Below the pieces are notes generated by a model that saw nothing but the letters and a program-made list of their open reading frames with translations, did no database searches and was not told the origin of the DNA. DNA of 64,000 nt from NCBI GenBank assembly GCA_963833425.1, contig CAWHXP010000005.1, positions 32,001 through 96,000 on the forward strand. Reading direction: 5' to 3'. Positions 1-13,584 of the stretch are shown here, piece by piece; positions within the stretch are counted from its first letter, which is position 1; every line of letters begins with the position of its first letter. Source of the stretch: an uncultured Methanosarcinaceae archaeon. Lineage in GTDB: Archaea; Halobacteriota; Methanosarcinia; Methanosarcinales; Methanosarcinaceae. The translations under genes were made by a program, and so were the position numbers.

Positions 1-538
1 TATAATAGATAATCTATATTCCTTCAAAATTTTTTACTCCATACAATTTAAAGTTATATATTATTTTTTTGTTTTTGAAATATTTAGTTTTGAAAAACGC
101 ACCACATTTATGAAATGTTGTGTCAGTTTGAGGGATCTATTAAATTTATGTTCTAGCTAAATTTCCCAACTGAAGCTAAGGCGTTCAAAATAAATTCTTC
201 AGGCTCGATGTTTTAAAAAAATTGTTAGCGGAAGTCTTTTTCCTAGAAGGAAAACATTTATACATTTATAGGTGAAGCTATGCTTAATTTTGAAAGGATG
301 CAACATTTCTGAATTTGAAGGACATCCAAATTTTGATTTATTATCATTAAGCTTCTAGAGGATTTCGATAAACCTCTGATTTTCATGGGTTATTTATATA
401 TTAATTATAAGTAAATAATGGAATTTATGTGGTTATCAAAATAATTTCCAATTTATTTTTTGCAGCTTATCGATCTATATATCATTAAAAAAATGGTCAC
501 AATAACTCAAAGGATAGAAATCACAGGAAACAGTAACA

Positions 539-1783
539 ATGTCTGAGAGTGAGCAGTATTCGAGAAATACTTTAATGGATTTTATCGAACATCAACCCAT
601 TGATATAGAAATATGTGACGTAACACTCCGAGATGGGGAACAGACACCTGGTGTTGTATTCACGAAAGAGCAGAAACTGGCAGTTGCCATTGAGCTTGAT
701 TCCATGGGTGTCGAGGTTATAGAAGCCGGATTCCCAGTAGTTTCTGCAAAAGAAAAGGAGATCGTGAAGGAAATTGCAAATCAGGGCTTAAATTCAAGGA
801 TATGTTGTCTATCAAGAGCAGTGAAAGGAGACGTTGATGCTGCCCTTGAGTGTGATGTTGACATCGTGAGTATTTTTATTGCAATGTCTGAAATGCATCT
901 CAAATACAAGTACCATAGGAGTCTTGAAGAAATGCTCAGCTGTGCCAAGGAAGTCATTGAATATGCAACTGATCATGGGTTAAAAGTACGTTTTGCAGCT
1001 GAGGATTCGAGCAGAACTCCGATAGATCGCCTAAAAAAGGCTTTCAAAGAGGTTGAAACTGAGTATAAGGTACAATATATAAGCCTTGCGGATACCATCG
1101 GCATCCTTAATCCGACCACAACTTACTACCTTGTTAGCGAGATTTACAAATCAGTTAATACTTCCATTTGCATTCACTGCCACGACGATCTTGGGATGGC
1201 CACAGCAAATACTATTGTGGCGGCAGAAGCTGGGGCAAAGCAGCTCCACACAACAGTCAACGCAATTGGGGAAAGGGCAGGGAATGCCTCACTTGAGGAA
1301 GTAATTGTGGCTCTCAGAGTGCAGTATGGAATTGACCGTTACGATACAACAAAACTAACCACACTTTCTAAAATGGTATCCAAATATTCAGGCATCACAC
1401 CCTCACCAAATAAAGCTATTGTCGGGGAAAATGCTTTCACCCACGAATCTGGAATTCATGTTGCTGCAATCTTGGAAGAGCCGCGAACTTATGAACTCTT
1501 TCTTCCAAGTATGGTTGGTGGGAAACGTAATTTAATTGTTGGAAAGCATACCGGCACAAAGGCCCTTAAAGGCATTATCAATAGCATCGGCTTCTGTCTT
1601 GAACGAGAAGAACTATGTGCTCTTATTGAAAAGGTCAAGGTATGCACAGAAGAGAAGCACAAAAGCATCTCACGTGAGCAGCTCGAAAAGTTAATCACTC
1701 AGGTAAGACAGGAAAAAAACATTGTAGGAAATCCAGAAAAGGATTTTTTAGCTGAAAATATTGGGGAACAGAACGTTTCATAA
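539..1783 (+). CDS. aksA: Homocitrate synthase / trans-homoaconitate synthase family (DRE-TIM metallolyase)
   Basis: [24 protein letters not shown] and HESGIH motifs; no LeuA regulatory domain. The aksA symbol is the likely paralog, not certain. Confidence 0.8.
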   Translation: MSESEQYSRNTLMDFIEHQPIDIEICDVTLRDGEQTPGVVFTKEQKLAVAIELDSMGVEVIEAGFPVVSAKEKEIVKEIANQGLNSRICCLSRAVKGDVDAALECDVDIVSIFIAMSEMHLKYKYHRSLEEMLSCAKEVIEYATDHGLKVRFAAEDSSRTPIDRLKKAFKEVETEYKVQYISLADTIGILNPTTTYYLVSEIYKSVNTSICIHCHDDLGMATANTIVAAEAGAKQLHTTVNAIGERAGNASLEEVIVALRVQYGIDRYDTTKLTTLSKMVSKYSGITPSPNKAIVGENAFTHESGIHVAAILEEPRTYELFLPSMVGGKRNLIVGKHTGTKALKGIINSIGFCLEREELCALIEKVKVCTEEKHKSISREQLEKLITQVRQEKNIVGNPEKDFLAENIGEQNVS

Positions 1784-2479
1784 GCTTCTTTACGTCTCTA
1801 AAACGCTATTTTCTAAAAAAATTATAAAACTTTTAATTTTTTTATTCGTTTTGAAATAGTTCCTCCAATATAAACATCAGTCACTGTAAAATTATTTGGT
1901 TTTTATTTCGTTGTGGGATTCAACATGGATACCAAAAGTGGAATTATTCAATGATTAGTTATAGTTTTATTATTCCATATCTTGCACAAGCTATTTTTTG
2001 AGTCAAATATTACAGTTGTATTCTATATTTTTTAATAGTTTATATATATTCACTCTATTATATGATTAATGGAAACTCTTCAGCTAGATAAAAAAAATAT
2101 CGGTAGCTATTTTCTTTGCGATCGAATGAATAACTCTAAGTGTGTAGATTTCATTTAACTGTTGTCTATTGATTATGTTTTTTTATATGATTCAGAAATT
2201 CGAACTATCTATTGCATCAAAAGAGATACTGATCAATAAATTTTTGGTAGGCCGAATAGTTAAGATTGGCGTGTTAAAAGATCTTAATTTTAGTAGATCC
2301 ACTTAATTTTCACTTTGAATCCGTAATTCCACATTCTCTGATGGGTTTATTTTTGTATTTAATCTTTTCCTTCCTCGCATACACATTCGCTTAGCTCTAT
2401 ACAACAATTAAAATGTTGCAGTAGAGCATTATTTGACTTATCAACAATTAATTTTCTTCGAAAAGCGGTACGATCTACA

Positions 2480-3530
2480 TCGCAAGAATGTGATGTTTTG
2501 AATGTGAATCAACAACTGACTTTGAGTTCTAGTTATGATTCATTGAGAAAGATCTGCCTGTTATATTTGGAAATGCGCGAGATATGAAGGCATTACGCAC
2601 AAAAGAACTACAAATAAGATCGATTCAGAATTAATTGAAAAAATTGCATTGAATAGCATGATTTAGCTATCAGAGTTTTTCCAAAAGATTATAGAGAATT
2701 TTGTTCATACATTCGGCTTCGTCATAATTTGCGCAAGAAAGAATGGATAAAAAAATTAAGTTAAAGCTATTCCTGCATCTGAAATGTTCAATCTAAATGA
2801 TGTAATTGCATACATTTTTGATAAGAATTGTAGAAAAATTCTATCATAAATTTCTTTAGGTAAGATAGTAGATCAGATATTAGATAATCTCCAGCCAAAT
2901 GTTCTTATAATGAGCGTTCAAATATTGAAGCTCTGGCCTTATAAATTTCTCACAGATCTATTTAAGCTACAGGAATGCCCAAAATTTATAGAGCATTTTG
3001 ACAATGAAATCAAAACTTTATGGAGAATAATTTTCAAGTATGCTTATAGGAAGCATTAAAGTGTGATAAAATTTTTAATGCCAGTTTTGTTATTGGGTAA
3101 ATTGGTGCAGCAATTTTAATTGCTGAAACTGGTAACTTAAAAGATTTTCTTCGGTGTATAAACTTCTTTTCATATCTTTGAGTTGTTCCAAGAGTATAAC
3201 AAATGCCGATTAATTCTCCAACGGAAGAATCATAGAAAGAGGATCAAAGGTAACAAAGTGAATTCTATTGCAGATTACTCATTAAGCAATAAGAAAGAGA
3301 AATAGTGGGGTAATAGAATTATTTAACCGGAAAAAGAAATAAATTGGAACTGCAAAGGCAATCATTGCTCTAGCAAGAAAAATTTGAACAATAATATGGT
3401 ATTTTATTACAAATGATGAAATGTATGAGGATGAAAATGGGAAATTTGAAGGAGAGTGATTTTTATGGCTGAAAAATTTTCGGTTGATGAGTGTATAAAA
3501 ATAATTGATGGAATAATGCAATTATGAAAA
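2480..3530 (+). pseudogene. Degenerate IS110-family transposase
   Basis: Broken frames give GNARDMKAL, YREFCSYIRLRHNL, IGAAILIAE, KRGSK-like and IGTAKAIIALARKI...ITNDEMYEDE segments, with many stops and frameshifts. Confidence 0.8.
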
Positions 3531-3780
3531 AATGAAGGTGAGAGCACATTGAGAATCTTTACTCATATCAAATGACCAAGTAATATATACAATTTGCGGT
3601 TTGTTATTATTGTTTCTGCGAAGTTAAGAGGGGCTGAGATGCGTTGAAATTGGTGTGAAGATTTGTGAGTTAAAATTCAATTTTTGAGACTTTTGATTGA
3701 ATTCTGGTTTTTAGAATTTCTTTATAAAATTGTGCAAAATAACAAATTTTTAATCATATTCATTGGTTGTTAAAAATTAT

Positions 3781-3873
3781 AGGGAATTTCTATAAATCTT
3801 CAATTTCAACAATTGTTTATATTAGGCTTATATAATAAACCAGCTCAAAATTGAGGTTTATCGAAATCTTCCT
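3781..3873. mobile_element. About 95-bp MITE with IS5-like terminal inverted repeats
   Basis: Ends agggaatttctataaa ... tttatcgaaatcttcct; internal sequence similar to 42408-42502 and 48278-48365. Confidence 0.6.
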
Positions 3874-4156
3874 TAAACCCGAGACTCTCTTTAAATTTTT
3901 CCGAAAGCAAAAGATATATAGTTTTTCAGATTTCATCGATACCATACGGAGATTACCAAAATTTTAATTACACTTAAATTAATGTTCTATTAAATGATAT
4001 AGATTCCATAAAGTTTTCTGCATGAAGAGATTAAACAGCATCATACTGCATTTGAGCTTGTACGTATTCTGGCTGAATATGCTCAAATTGTTGAATTTAT
4101 TTGTAATTAGATTTTTTTGAGTTACAAGTCATGTTCTGTGTTATGGAGGAAGATGT

Positions 4157-4510
4157 ATGGTACGTTCTGATGAAGGTAATAGAAGATATAAAAAATTCAA
4201 GGAAAGCAATGAAAGATTTCTTGACGCTCTTGGTCATATATTCGATGAATGGCTTATGAGTAAGAATGAGAATACTTTTTTGAGGGTGAGGGGTCAGAGT
4301 GGTGGCTCTAGGATATCTGTGCTTGATGATGTATATGAAGCAATTACTGAATATATAGAAGGTAATGATGATTTCGTAAAGGATGATTTTGTGCTTGAAT
4401 TTTGTGAGCTTATCAAAAATGAAAATATAGATCTTTATGAGCGTTTGATAAGCAAAATTATTGGTGATTTTGTGTTCGATGTGGTAAATGCATATTCTGT
4501 GAGTAAGTGA
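4157..4510 (+). CDS. Hypothetical acidic protein
   Basis: 117-aa ORF with GGAGG RBS; no recognised motif. Confidence 0.6.
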   Translation: MVRSDEGNRRYKKFKESNERFLDALGHIFDEWLMSKNENTFLRVRGQSGGSRISVLDDVYEAITEYIEGNDDFVKDDFVLEFCELIKNENIDLYERLISKIIGDFVFDVVNAYSVSK

Positions 4511-4993
4511 GATTATGTCTAATGGGTATTGTTATATCACTTCTGTCTTTCAGAGCCATTTTGAAAATTGTTGAAGTTATGCATTGAGTGTTGAATTTTT
4601 TTAAGCTATTTTCTATTCAATGGATACCGACAGTTCAATTTCGTTCTTGGCCTTCAGCTGCAGTACCCAACTACTTAACTTTGCCAGTTGAGTAAAAATA
4701 AGTACTTTTGTTTGTGCTATTCGGTCCGTTGAAAACTACCATAAATATTATGCTGTTTACATCTATAATTTGCCATTACTTTGAAATTAATTAATAGTTC
4801 TTTCGTAAAATAATAAATATTTCATTCTTTCTTTAACTCTGCAAGATGTCACAGCATTTAAACTGTATATTATTGGAGTCAAATTGATTTAATTCAGATG
4901 GTAAATTAACAAATTCAAGCCAGATAAATTATGTTCTCATTTATTAGATTTCTTTAATCGACAAATTTCGATAAAAGTTTGGAAGTATCGTTC

Positions 4994-6245
4994 TTATATA
5001 TTAGGACTCAGTTTTTGAACTTCTACGGGATTTATTGACAAAGTGAAATAAAAAGTTGAACCTTTACCCAGTTCAGATTCTACCCATATACGTCCACCAA
5101 GACTTTCCACAATTTTTTTTACAGATTGCAAGCCCTATTCCTGTTCCAGAATATTTTTCCCTGGAATGCAATCTTTTAAAAACTTCAAAGATTCTTTCCG
5201 AATATTGGGATCAATCCCAATTCCGTTATCCTGAACTGAAAATATCCATTCATTCGTTTTTTTCTCTGCAGAAATATGAATTTTTGGTGCTTCTTCACTG
5301 TGGAATTTTATTCCATTCATAATTATATTCTGAAATATTTGAACTAGCTGAGTAGAATCTGCCATTACATCAGGTAAAGGATCATGAGACACAATAGCTT
5401 TCTTTTATAACAACTTTTAAATTGGTTATACCTGATTCAAAATGAATTCACAATCAGTTGGTTCAGGTTCTTTAATACTTCTAGTCACTCGGGAGTAGCT
5501 TAAAAGATAATTTATCAGATTTTGCATCCGAGAAGCTCCATCAACAGCAAACTGGATGTACTTATCAGCCTTATCATCAAGATTACCATGATATCTCCTT
5601 TATAAAAGCTGCAAATAACTTGTTATCATCTTCAAAGATTCTTGTAAGTCATGAGATGAAACTTAAGCGAATTGTTCTAATTCTGCATTTGAACGAGCAA
5701 GTTCTTCTAATTTCAATTTCAAAATTTCTTCAGCTTTTTTTGCTCTGTAATATCTTGTATCGTTCCTTTCATTTGAATATGGATATTTTTCTCACCGAAA
5801 ATCACTTTAGATTCTATGTGGACTGCTCGTTCGTTTCCATTGGATAAGATGATTCGAGAGTCAATACTTAAGGGCTCTCCGTTCAAAGCTTTTTTAAAGC
5901 TTCATCCACATAATCTCGTTAGTCTGGGTATACATGACTTAAAAATGTATTATAAGTTGCACTGAATTCTTGAGGGCCATGCCCAAAAATACTATACATC
6001 TCATCAGACCAGAATACTTCGTCGGCCACAATATTACAATACCAACTTCCAACGTGAGATATTCTTTGAGCTTCAGCAAGACATTTTTCGTTATCCTTCA
6101 ACAAATTAAAAGCCTTTTTAAGTTCATCTGTACGTTCTTTAATTACGTTTTCTAAATTGTCTAGCGTATCTTTCAATTTAACTTCTGAATTTTTTCAGTT
6201 CAGTTACGTCGGTATTTGTCCCAAACCACTGAGTGACATTTCCTT
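4994..6245 (-). pseudogene. PAS/PAC sensor histidine kinase, frameshifted and 5'-truncated
   Basis: PAC (GNVTQWFGTNTDVTE), PAS (AQRISHVGSW) and HATPase ([33 protein letters not shown]) segments spread over several frames. Confidence 0.85.
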
Positions 6246-6249
6246 TTCT

Positions 6250-7332
6250 TCCCCTCAATTTCTCTATTTAATTCCTCTTTTTGGCTTTACTTTATTCTCA
6301 ATTCTTTGATTTTAAAGATAGCTTCCGCTATCTTCAATATACTTTTTTTATTTTCAATTTCCTCAATTGATAGAGATTATAACAAAAAGCCGTACACAAC
6401 ATTTTTAGATTTACTCTTTTAACAGTAGTAACAAAAACTCTTCCTGCTTTGAAAATTTCTTTCGTTACTGAATAAACTCCTTCTACTGGGACTCTTTTTG
6501 AGCTAATTCTCTTATTTCTTAATATATCCTTTATTCCCAGAGTATGTCCTTTGACCGCTCTTTTCATTGTTGCATTATACCCTTTCGTTTTTGCTCCAAA
6601 GTATCCTCTATCCTATAAACCACTTCATTTTCCTCTGTCAAATCTACATACGAATCATGTACTGACGCAGTTGTTGTTTGAATCTTCTGATCAGCTCATA
6701 ATCTCTGTCTATTATATTATGAAGCTTATATCCAAAGTGAGACTTATCTTCCTTCTTTGTCCATGTTCCGTCCCTGCTTCTTCTTGTTTTTGCCTCATCT
6801 CTCTGCTTTTGCATGTCCTGAATCTGAATGGATAAAAGTAACATCCTGAATCATTCCCTGCTTTATCTGTAAACCCAGAGCACCAAGTTGGCTTTGCAAC
6901 TTTCCCTATATTTTCTTTGAAATGCTCGATAATTCTCTCCCTAAATAGCCATACAATAGTACTGCCAGATATGTATTCAGGAAATCCAAGGAATTTCCTA
7001 AAAGAAATTCGATCTATACAATGTTTCTCAAGTTCAAAATCAGAGAGCCCATGCCATTGTTGTAAAACAAGCATTTTGAACATCACAATGACACCAGTTT
7101 CAGATCTGCCTCCTGAAATGGTTTTGTTAATATACATAGACTCAAGAATAATATGAAATGTTTTCCAATCAATTCAGGAATAAATTTCAGCAAGCTTATC
7201 TCCAACAGATTCAAGACGTTTATACTCTTATTTAAGAGCAAAATCAGTAAGAGTTTTCATGAATATACATAAATATTGACAAATTTAAAGCAAACCATGC
7301 TCAAGAGCATGGAGGTTATCGAAAATCTCTAT
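6250..7332 (-). mobile_element. IS5-family element, inactivated transposase, distal end missing
   Basis: MFKMLVLQQWHGLSD...DRISFRKFLG, SHFGYKLH and RVPVEGVY motifs in shifted frames; terminal sequence tagagattttcgataa at 7332. Confidence 0.9.
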
Positions 7333-7925
7333 AATTTTTTTTACAACATGCCATTATTGAATCTCAGATAGCTCTAAATCAAAAATGATTGATTATAGAG
7401 TGGTTTAAAATATTTTCTTAAGTTGGTGGAATTATACTAGGCGCAATATAAAACTTACTGTAAGATCTAAGAATGCGTTTAGTTAATGGCTAGCAGGAAA
7501 AAGTGCTCAACGCGCATGATTTATGAGATCAGAACCATGTAATTCACGTACTATTATAGTTAAGTTAGTTCGGATTATAATATATTTAAGAAATATATGA
7601 CAAATAAAATTTAACTATTATTAATAGTATTCCAGCATCTTGCAGTAACTTCCCGGTAGGTTGCAGACAGTTCACAACCTACAGCTCACAAGATTGACTT
7701 TGTGACATCTTAGATCAGCCAGATATCCTAAGCTAATAAAATAAATCTCATTTTTGAATTTGAGCATATAATCAACCATTGTTTATCTTTATTTTAATAA
7801 GCCCGTCAAAGTTTGTTGTGGGTGCTGCTGTAAAAGCATAAAGTAGATCAAGCGCTACACATCATCTTTGCACTTTCATTCCATCTACATGATCGAAATT
7901 TAAAGTGGTATACCCTTTATAATAA

Positions 7926-8718
7926 ATGTCACCAGTTACTTATAAAAATAACAACCTGATTCTTGAAGTAAACTCTGTAGTGGTGTTTTTGAAGGGGCGC
8001 TTAAAGAAGGCGGTAAAATTATCAAAGGGAAATGGAAACAGGCCAGGTCAATTTTTCCACTCGTTCTCAACCGTATTAATAAAGTGCCCGATCTACGCAG
8101 TGAGCAGGATCCTGTGAAACCTTATCTTTATGATGAAGAAGAAGTTGTTTATGGAAATAAAGAAACAGGAGTCAAACTGTCAGGGACTTTAACCCTTCCC
8201 AGATAAGAGGGGCCGTTTCCTGCTGTAGTGCTCATATCTGTTCTGGCCAGCAAAATCGTATGAAGAGATATTCGGTCACCGTTCATTCCTTGTACTTTCG
8301 GATTATTTGACACGCAGGGGACTATTGCTGTTCTCAGGGTCGATAACCGTGGTGTAGGAGGATCGACTGGAAACTTCTCACAGGCCACAACCGAAGATTT
8401 TGCAGAGGACGTACTCAAAGACATTGAATACCTGAAAAGTCGCAAGGAGATAAACCAAAACCAACATTGATGAAAGTGAAATGCCCTATACTAGCGATAA
8501 ATGGAGAAAAAGACCTTCAAGTTCCGCCTAAAGAAAATCTCCGTGTTATCGAGGAACTCTCAAGGCAGAAGGCAATAAGGACTATACAGTAAAAGAGATA
8601 GAAGGGGTCAATCACTTATTCCAGACCGCTCAAACCGGATTCCCCACGGAGTACTCAAAGATTAAAGAAACCATTTCTCAGTTCACTTTGGAACTGATAG
8701 GGAACTGGATTTTGTAGC
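7926..8718 (+). pseudogene. Alpha/beta hydrolase with internal deletion
   Basis: LSGTLTLP*EGPFPAVVLI, VLRVDNRGVGGSTG, NGEKDLQVP and GVNHLFQ segments; the nucleophile region is missing. Confidence 0.8.
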
Positions 8719-9567
8719 ATACGCAAAAGGATGAAAAATTAGATGAAACTGAGAAAATACATTAGATTTTCAGATTAAACGCACGTACATTCTCAACGTA
8801 AACTCTCCATTACTATCTTATTCGCTATTATCCTCCATTCGCACATTTAAAATTATAGGAAAACATATGTCGAGGTAATATCAAATAAATATTATTATTT
8901 ACAGTTCAATTTGCTTTATGTTTATAAGTTTGATACTAACTATTGTCTCATTTTTAACGGTTATAATGTGGGTGCCACTGCTTCAGATGCGAGTCCTCCA
9001 CCTTGTAATCGTAATAAAATAGATATCAAATAAATTTATTAATTTTCCCAATTTCTTTCTAATATTTTTTGCATTTATTGGAATATAATCGGTAGAAATT
9101 TGTACGTTCTAATAAGTTATAGAATCATCGAGTTATCAAAAACATCGGCAAAAATCTTGCTTTTCTCTGTTTTTCATGGGTTGAAATAATTATCTAGTTG
9201 AAAAGTGACTACCTAAAGAGAAGCTATCAATTTTTATATTTTTGTTAAAATTGGAGAAGAACCAGAAAAAATTAAAAAAATCTAACTTATAGACATTCAG
9301 ATATCAACTAATTAATGAGAGACACCAATTTACATCAATCAATCAAAAAAACCAGAAAATAATAAAAAATTTCTTATTAATGCTCCATATTATATGTGTG
9401 AAAATGATGATTTAGTTATAAAGTTGCTATTGGAAGGGTTTATTGGACCTGTTATAGGTCCTGTATTCCATGAAACGTATTAGTTTTGTAAATATTAGAA
9501 ATATCTCTGACAATATTATTATGCATCCATGTGATAAAACAACTACATTATAAGGAGAAATGGCTTA

Positions 9568-10119
9568 ATGTCTTCGATATTTAATTTCTTTCTGGCACTT
9601 GGAGTTGCGATGGATGCATTTGCAGTTTCTATATCATGTGGCAAGAAAATTAGTCCCATTCGACGAACTGATGCCTTAAAACTTGCTTCCTTCTTTGGGG
9701 GATGTGAAGCTTTTATGTTAGTAATTGGATGGCTTGGTGGAAACACGATAAGTGATTTTGTTTCGGAATATGCCATATGGTTTGCCTTTTTGATTTTGGG
9801 TTTTATCGGAAGTAAAATGATTTATGAAACTTTGTATGGAAACAGGGAAAGAAAGATAAATTCCTTTAGTTATCCTGTGCTTCTTGCACTTGCAGTTGCA
9901 ATAAGTATAGATTCGCTTTTTGTGGGAATGAGCTTTGCATTTCTCAAGACAACTATTATTGAGCCTGCGATTATTATAGGCTTTGTAACCTTTTTGATGT
10001 CTTTTTGTGGTGTAATCTTAGGGTCTAAAGTTGGTCATTTATTCGAGCGGGAAGTCAATTTTATTGGTGGCTTGATAATGATTTGTATTGGAGTTAGTTT
10101 GCTGATATTTAATCATTAA
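9568..10119 (+). CDS. mntP: Manganese efflux pump MntP family
   Basis: AMDAFAVS and SIDSL repeated motifs, six hydrophobic segments. Confidence 0.9.
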   Translation: MSSIFNFFLALGVAMDAFAVSISCGKKISPIRRTDALKLASFFGGCEAFMLVIGWLGGNTISDFVSEYAIWFAFLILGFIGSKMIYETLYGNRERKINSFSYPVLLALAVAISIDSLFVGMSFAFLKTTIIEPAIIIGFVTFLMSFCGVILGSKVGHLFEREVNFIGGLIMICIGVSLLIFNH

Positions 10120-11041
10120 TTCAAATTTCTCTCAACACTATACTCTTTTTTAGGTTTGCTCAGTGACTCATGGAGCTTATGGAACATATAGTGCATATGG
10201 AGCTCATGGTACATTTGGAACTAATTAGCCTAAACCATAGTCATAAATAAAATTCTGACTTAAAATGAGATAAGTAATACAATTTTTAAATGTTATATCA
10301 TAAAATATGAAAAAATTAAAGAAAAATATTAAAAATGAAGTTGTCATAAAGTTATATGTAGATCCGAAAAAGATTCAGGAACATCAACAGCTGCAGCGAC
10401 ATCGGCAAATTCTTCAGGTAACTATTTGAATCAATGTCAATAATATTCTCTTTAGTCATCTATAGGATTTCGATAAACAAAGCATGAAAATTATGTGAGA
10501 TGAACTCATTTGAAATTTGAAGCTTTTGTAGTAACTATTAAATTAGTTTAAGCGATATGTAGATGCTAATTCAAATTCGACTTTTTACATATATTTATTC
10601 ATTTATTTTTATTTATTTCTTGGCTCAATTTCAAAATCCAGTGATGAAATATATTCTTAAATTTCATCGCAGATCTATTTTTTCGTCTTGGTGTGGCAAG
10701 AGAATCTGCTTTAATGCATGAAAATGCAAGTGTTCATTGCACTGAAAAACTTCTCATGAAAATATCAACCATGTAACTTGGATGGCATTTTTGAGAGTTT
10801 GATGCATAAAAGTTCAGTAATTTGTTAAACTTTCTTCTCAACTTTTTATCCTATCCATTTACATCAACTACCCATTATATCTTAACCTTTGTCTTTTCAG
10901 TACATGCAGAGTTTTTTTGTGGCAAAATAGATGTATTTTCTCATTTTTCTCCCGAAATTATAGGACATTTTCACCTGATTGTGTAGAAAACGAACAGTTT
11001 TTATTAAAATATATGTTGTGATGGGAAGCGAAAAAGTTACT

Positions 11042-11508
11042 ATAGAGATTTTCGATAACCTCCATGCTCTTGAGCATGGTTTGCTTTAAATTTGTCAATA
11101 TTTATGTATATTCATGAAAACTCTTACTGATTTTGCTCTTAAATAAGAGTATAAACGTCTTGAATCTGTTGGAGATAAGCTTGCTGAAATTGCTTCCTTA
11201 ATTGATTGGAAAGCGTTTCGTATTATTCTTGAGTCTATGTATATCAACAAAACCGTTTCAAGAGGGAGACCTGAAACTGGTGTCATTGTGATGTTCAAAA
11301 TGCTTGTTTTACAACAATGGCATGGGCTCTCTGATTTTGAACTTGAGAAACATTGTATAGATCGAATTTCTTTTAGGAAATTCCTTGGATTTCCTGAATA
11401 CATATCTGGCAGTACTATTGTATGGCTATTTAGGGAGAGAATTATCGAGCATTTCAAAGAAAATATAGGGAAAGTTGCAAAGCCAACTTGGTGCTCTGGG
11501 TTTACAGA
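11042..11508 (+). mobile_element. Truncated second copy of the IS5 element, inverted relative to 6250-7332
   Basis: Near-identical to the reverse complement of about 6866-7332, including the terminal repeat and the same lesions. Confidence 0.9.
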
Positions 11509-11860
11509 TTTTCGATCATAATCTTTACTGGGTCAAGTGATGAAAAAGTTGGGAGTGATGCTGTAAAGAAAGGTGCTCAGGACTATTTAGTCAAAGGACA
11601 AATAGATAGTAGATTATTGAAACGTTCTATCCAATATTCTATTGAGACAAAAAAAAGTAAGAAGTACTAGCAAAATCAGATCGCTCTTAAAACGGAAATT
11701 CATTACAGGATTAAGAACAATTTACAAGTAATATTTCCACTTATCGACTTTCAAGCTGATAAATTCAAAGGCCGAAAGGGTATAACGGATTCAGAAGTCA
11801 TTGATGCTTTCAAGGAAAGTCAGCATAGAGTAATATCTATGCCCTTATCCATGAAGAATG
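11509..11860 (+). pseudogene. Response-regulator / HisKA_2 kinase fragment
   Basis: IIFTGSSDE...GAQDYLVKG followed by EIHYRIKNNLQVI and AFKESQHRVISM. Confidence 0.75.
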
Positions 11861-12167
11861 CTCCAATTTCAGAGAAGGCTGCGACGCTTTCCACATGCTT
11901 TTACTGGTATTGTCTCTCTTCAAATATACAAAAAAAATCATAATAAATATATAGAAGAAAAACTATTATCTATTTTACCACTATATACAATGTGTATTTG
12001 AATTTACTATATATTTTATATTAATGCTCAAGTTCTTATATTTTTTGTGCACCTATCATTAATTATCTCATATAGTCGAATAAATAAATTAACTAGTTTA
12101 TAGAAGGAATAGTTTCCTTATTTGGTTCACAGTATACCAAATAATGTACACAATTGGGGTTGATTAA

Positions 12168-12551
12168 GTGCGTATGGATGACGATGCAATCAAAGCAATT
12201 TTTGACTACATTACAACTAATGGTGAAGTACCAGGAGTACTAACGTATACAAGTGTTGATGAGTGGTTAAAATATGGCGGCATAACATTTCGTGAGATTG
12301 ACAAGGAACCATATTGGTCAAAAGCCTGCACAGACGGATCTATTATTTTTCATACAGACAGAGGAAATAGACAAACATACATAAAAGTGTGGACTGAAAA
12401 AGCCGGTAAACTTATAGGTTTCGAATTGAATCACAACATTGGGGGCGTTTTAATGATGGATGTAGAACATCAAAAAAATATATCTAATAACATCAGGGAT
12501 AAACAAGACACGCAAATGAGACAAGCAGAAAGTAATAAAAATAATAAATGA
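12168..12551 (+). CDS. Hypothetical protein
   Basis: 127-aa ORF with protein-like composition; no recognised motif. Confidence 0.5.
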   Translation: MRMDDDAIKAIFDYITTNGEVPGVLTYTSVDEWLKYGGITFREIDKEPYWSKACTDGSIIFHTDRGNRQTYIKVWTEKAGKLIGFELNHNIGGVLMMDVEHQKNISNNIRDKQDTQMRQAESNKNNK

Positions 12552-12624
12552 TCTAAAACAACTTAAGTCATCATTTTTAATAATGTGACATTTTATGTGT
12601 AAATTTATGTTTGTCCCAAAATCA

Positions 12625-12866
12625 GGCAATGTACGGAAAATTTTATAAAATCTAATTGTCTTTGTATTCTGTTATTGTCACTGCAAAAAAGCAGGATGTT
12701 GAGCTAATAGTTATGCTAACAAAGTTATGTTTCTATTGTTTCATTGATGCATAGGTTTTATGACAAAAAAAACTGTGCATCAATAAAAACTACAAATCTT
12801 ATTTTGATGTGGTTAAGACAAAGGACACAAAGTCGATAGAAATTTACAAAACTTTTGTACACTGCC
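12625..12866. mobile_element. About 240-bp MITE with GGCA(A/G)TGT ends (IS6-like)
   Basis: Imperfect TIR ggcaatgtacggaaaatttt ... aaaacttttgtacactgcc; partial relatives at about 60251-60410 and 63520-63638. Confidence 0.65.
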
Positions 12867-12879
12867 ACAGAGTAGAATA

Positions 12880-13095
12880 GGTGATCTCAAAACTCAGATC
12901 CAAGCATTTAATGATCAACTACAAGTCAAGGATGAATAGTTACATAGTAAAGATGAACAAATCAAGGATCAAAGGATGAGAATATGCATAAACAGGCAGC
13001 CAACATTCAAAATTTAATCAAAGATAATCGCAGTCGAACACAAAATTACTGCCTGAATAAACTGAAAAAAGAGTCATTGGTGGCGATTTTAGTAA
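12880..13095 (+). pseudogene. Coiled-coil protein C-terminal remnant (DUF536-like)
   Basis: QLQVKDE*LHSKDEQIK ... TKLLPE ... HWWRF terminus in broken frames. Confidence 0.5.
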
Positions 13096-13113
13096 CTTCG
13101 ACTATACTTATAC

Positions 13114-13584
13114 CTAGAGAGCCGATACATCTTTACTACAAACGATAGGGATAAATTCTTGTTTAGGTGGATATTTTATAGCTAGAGCCTTTATTATACC
13201 CAATATCAACAATAACGTCGAGAGACCTAAAATAAATTGGAAATCATATCTTTGAGCATATAGCCCAGCTGCAATTTCACGCAGGACTATTAAAATAGTA
13301 GCATCGGTTACATATGTAATTCTTATTTCTTCATGCTCGCGAAAATCAACAAAGATCTTGAAAAGGTCTATAAGAACGAAAATCGTTAGGATGCCAGCTA
13401 CTATCTGACCAAAACCGCCACCTAGAGTACCCAATAAAATTGATTTGATATTTAGCAGGATATTTATAACCCCCACAAGTAGCGCCAGTATCAGTATATA
13501 AAGGATAATAATAGTAATTGAATCAATAATAGTTTTAAATATTTTATAATGATTTGTCCTAAATGCGTTATACTTAGTTATCAC
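13114..13584 (-). CDS. Phosphate-starvation-inducible PsiE family membrane protein
   Basis: Four transmembrane segments; LTIFVLIDLF and DATILIVLREI motifs. Confidence 0.85.
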   Translation of the reverse strand: MITKYNAFRTNHYKIFKTIIDSITIIILYILILALLVGVINILLNIKSILLGTLGGGFGQIVAGILTIFVLIDLFKIFVDFREHEEIRITYVTDATILIVLREIAAGLYAQRYDFQFILGLSTLLLILGIIKALAIKYPPKQEFIPIVCSKDVSAL

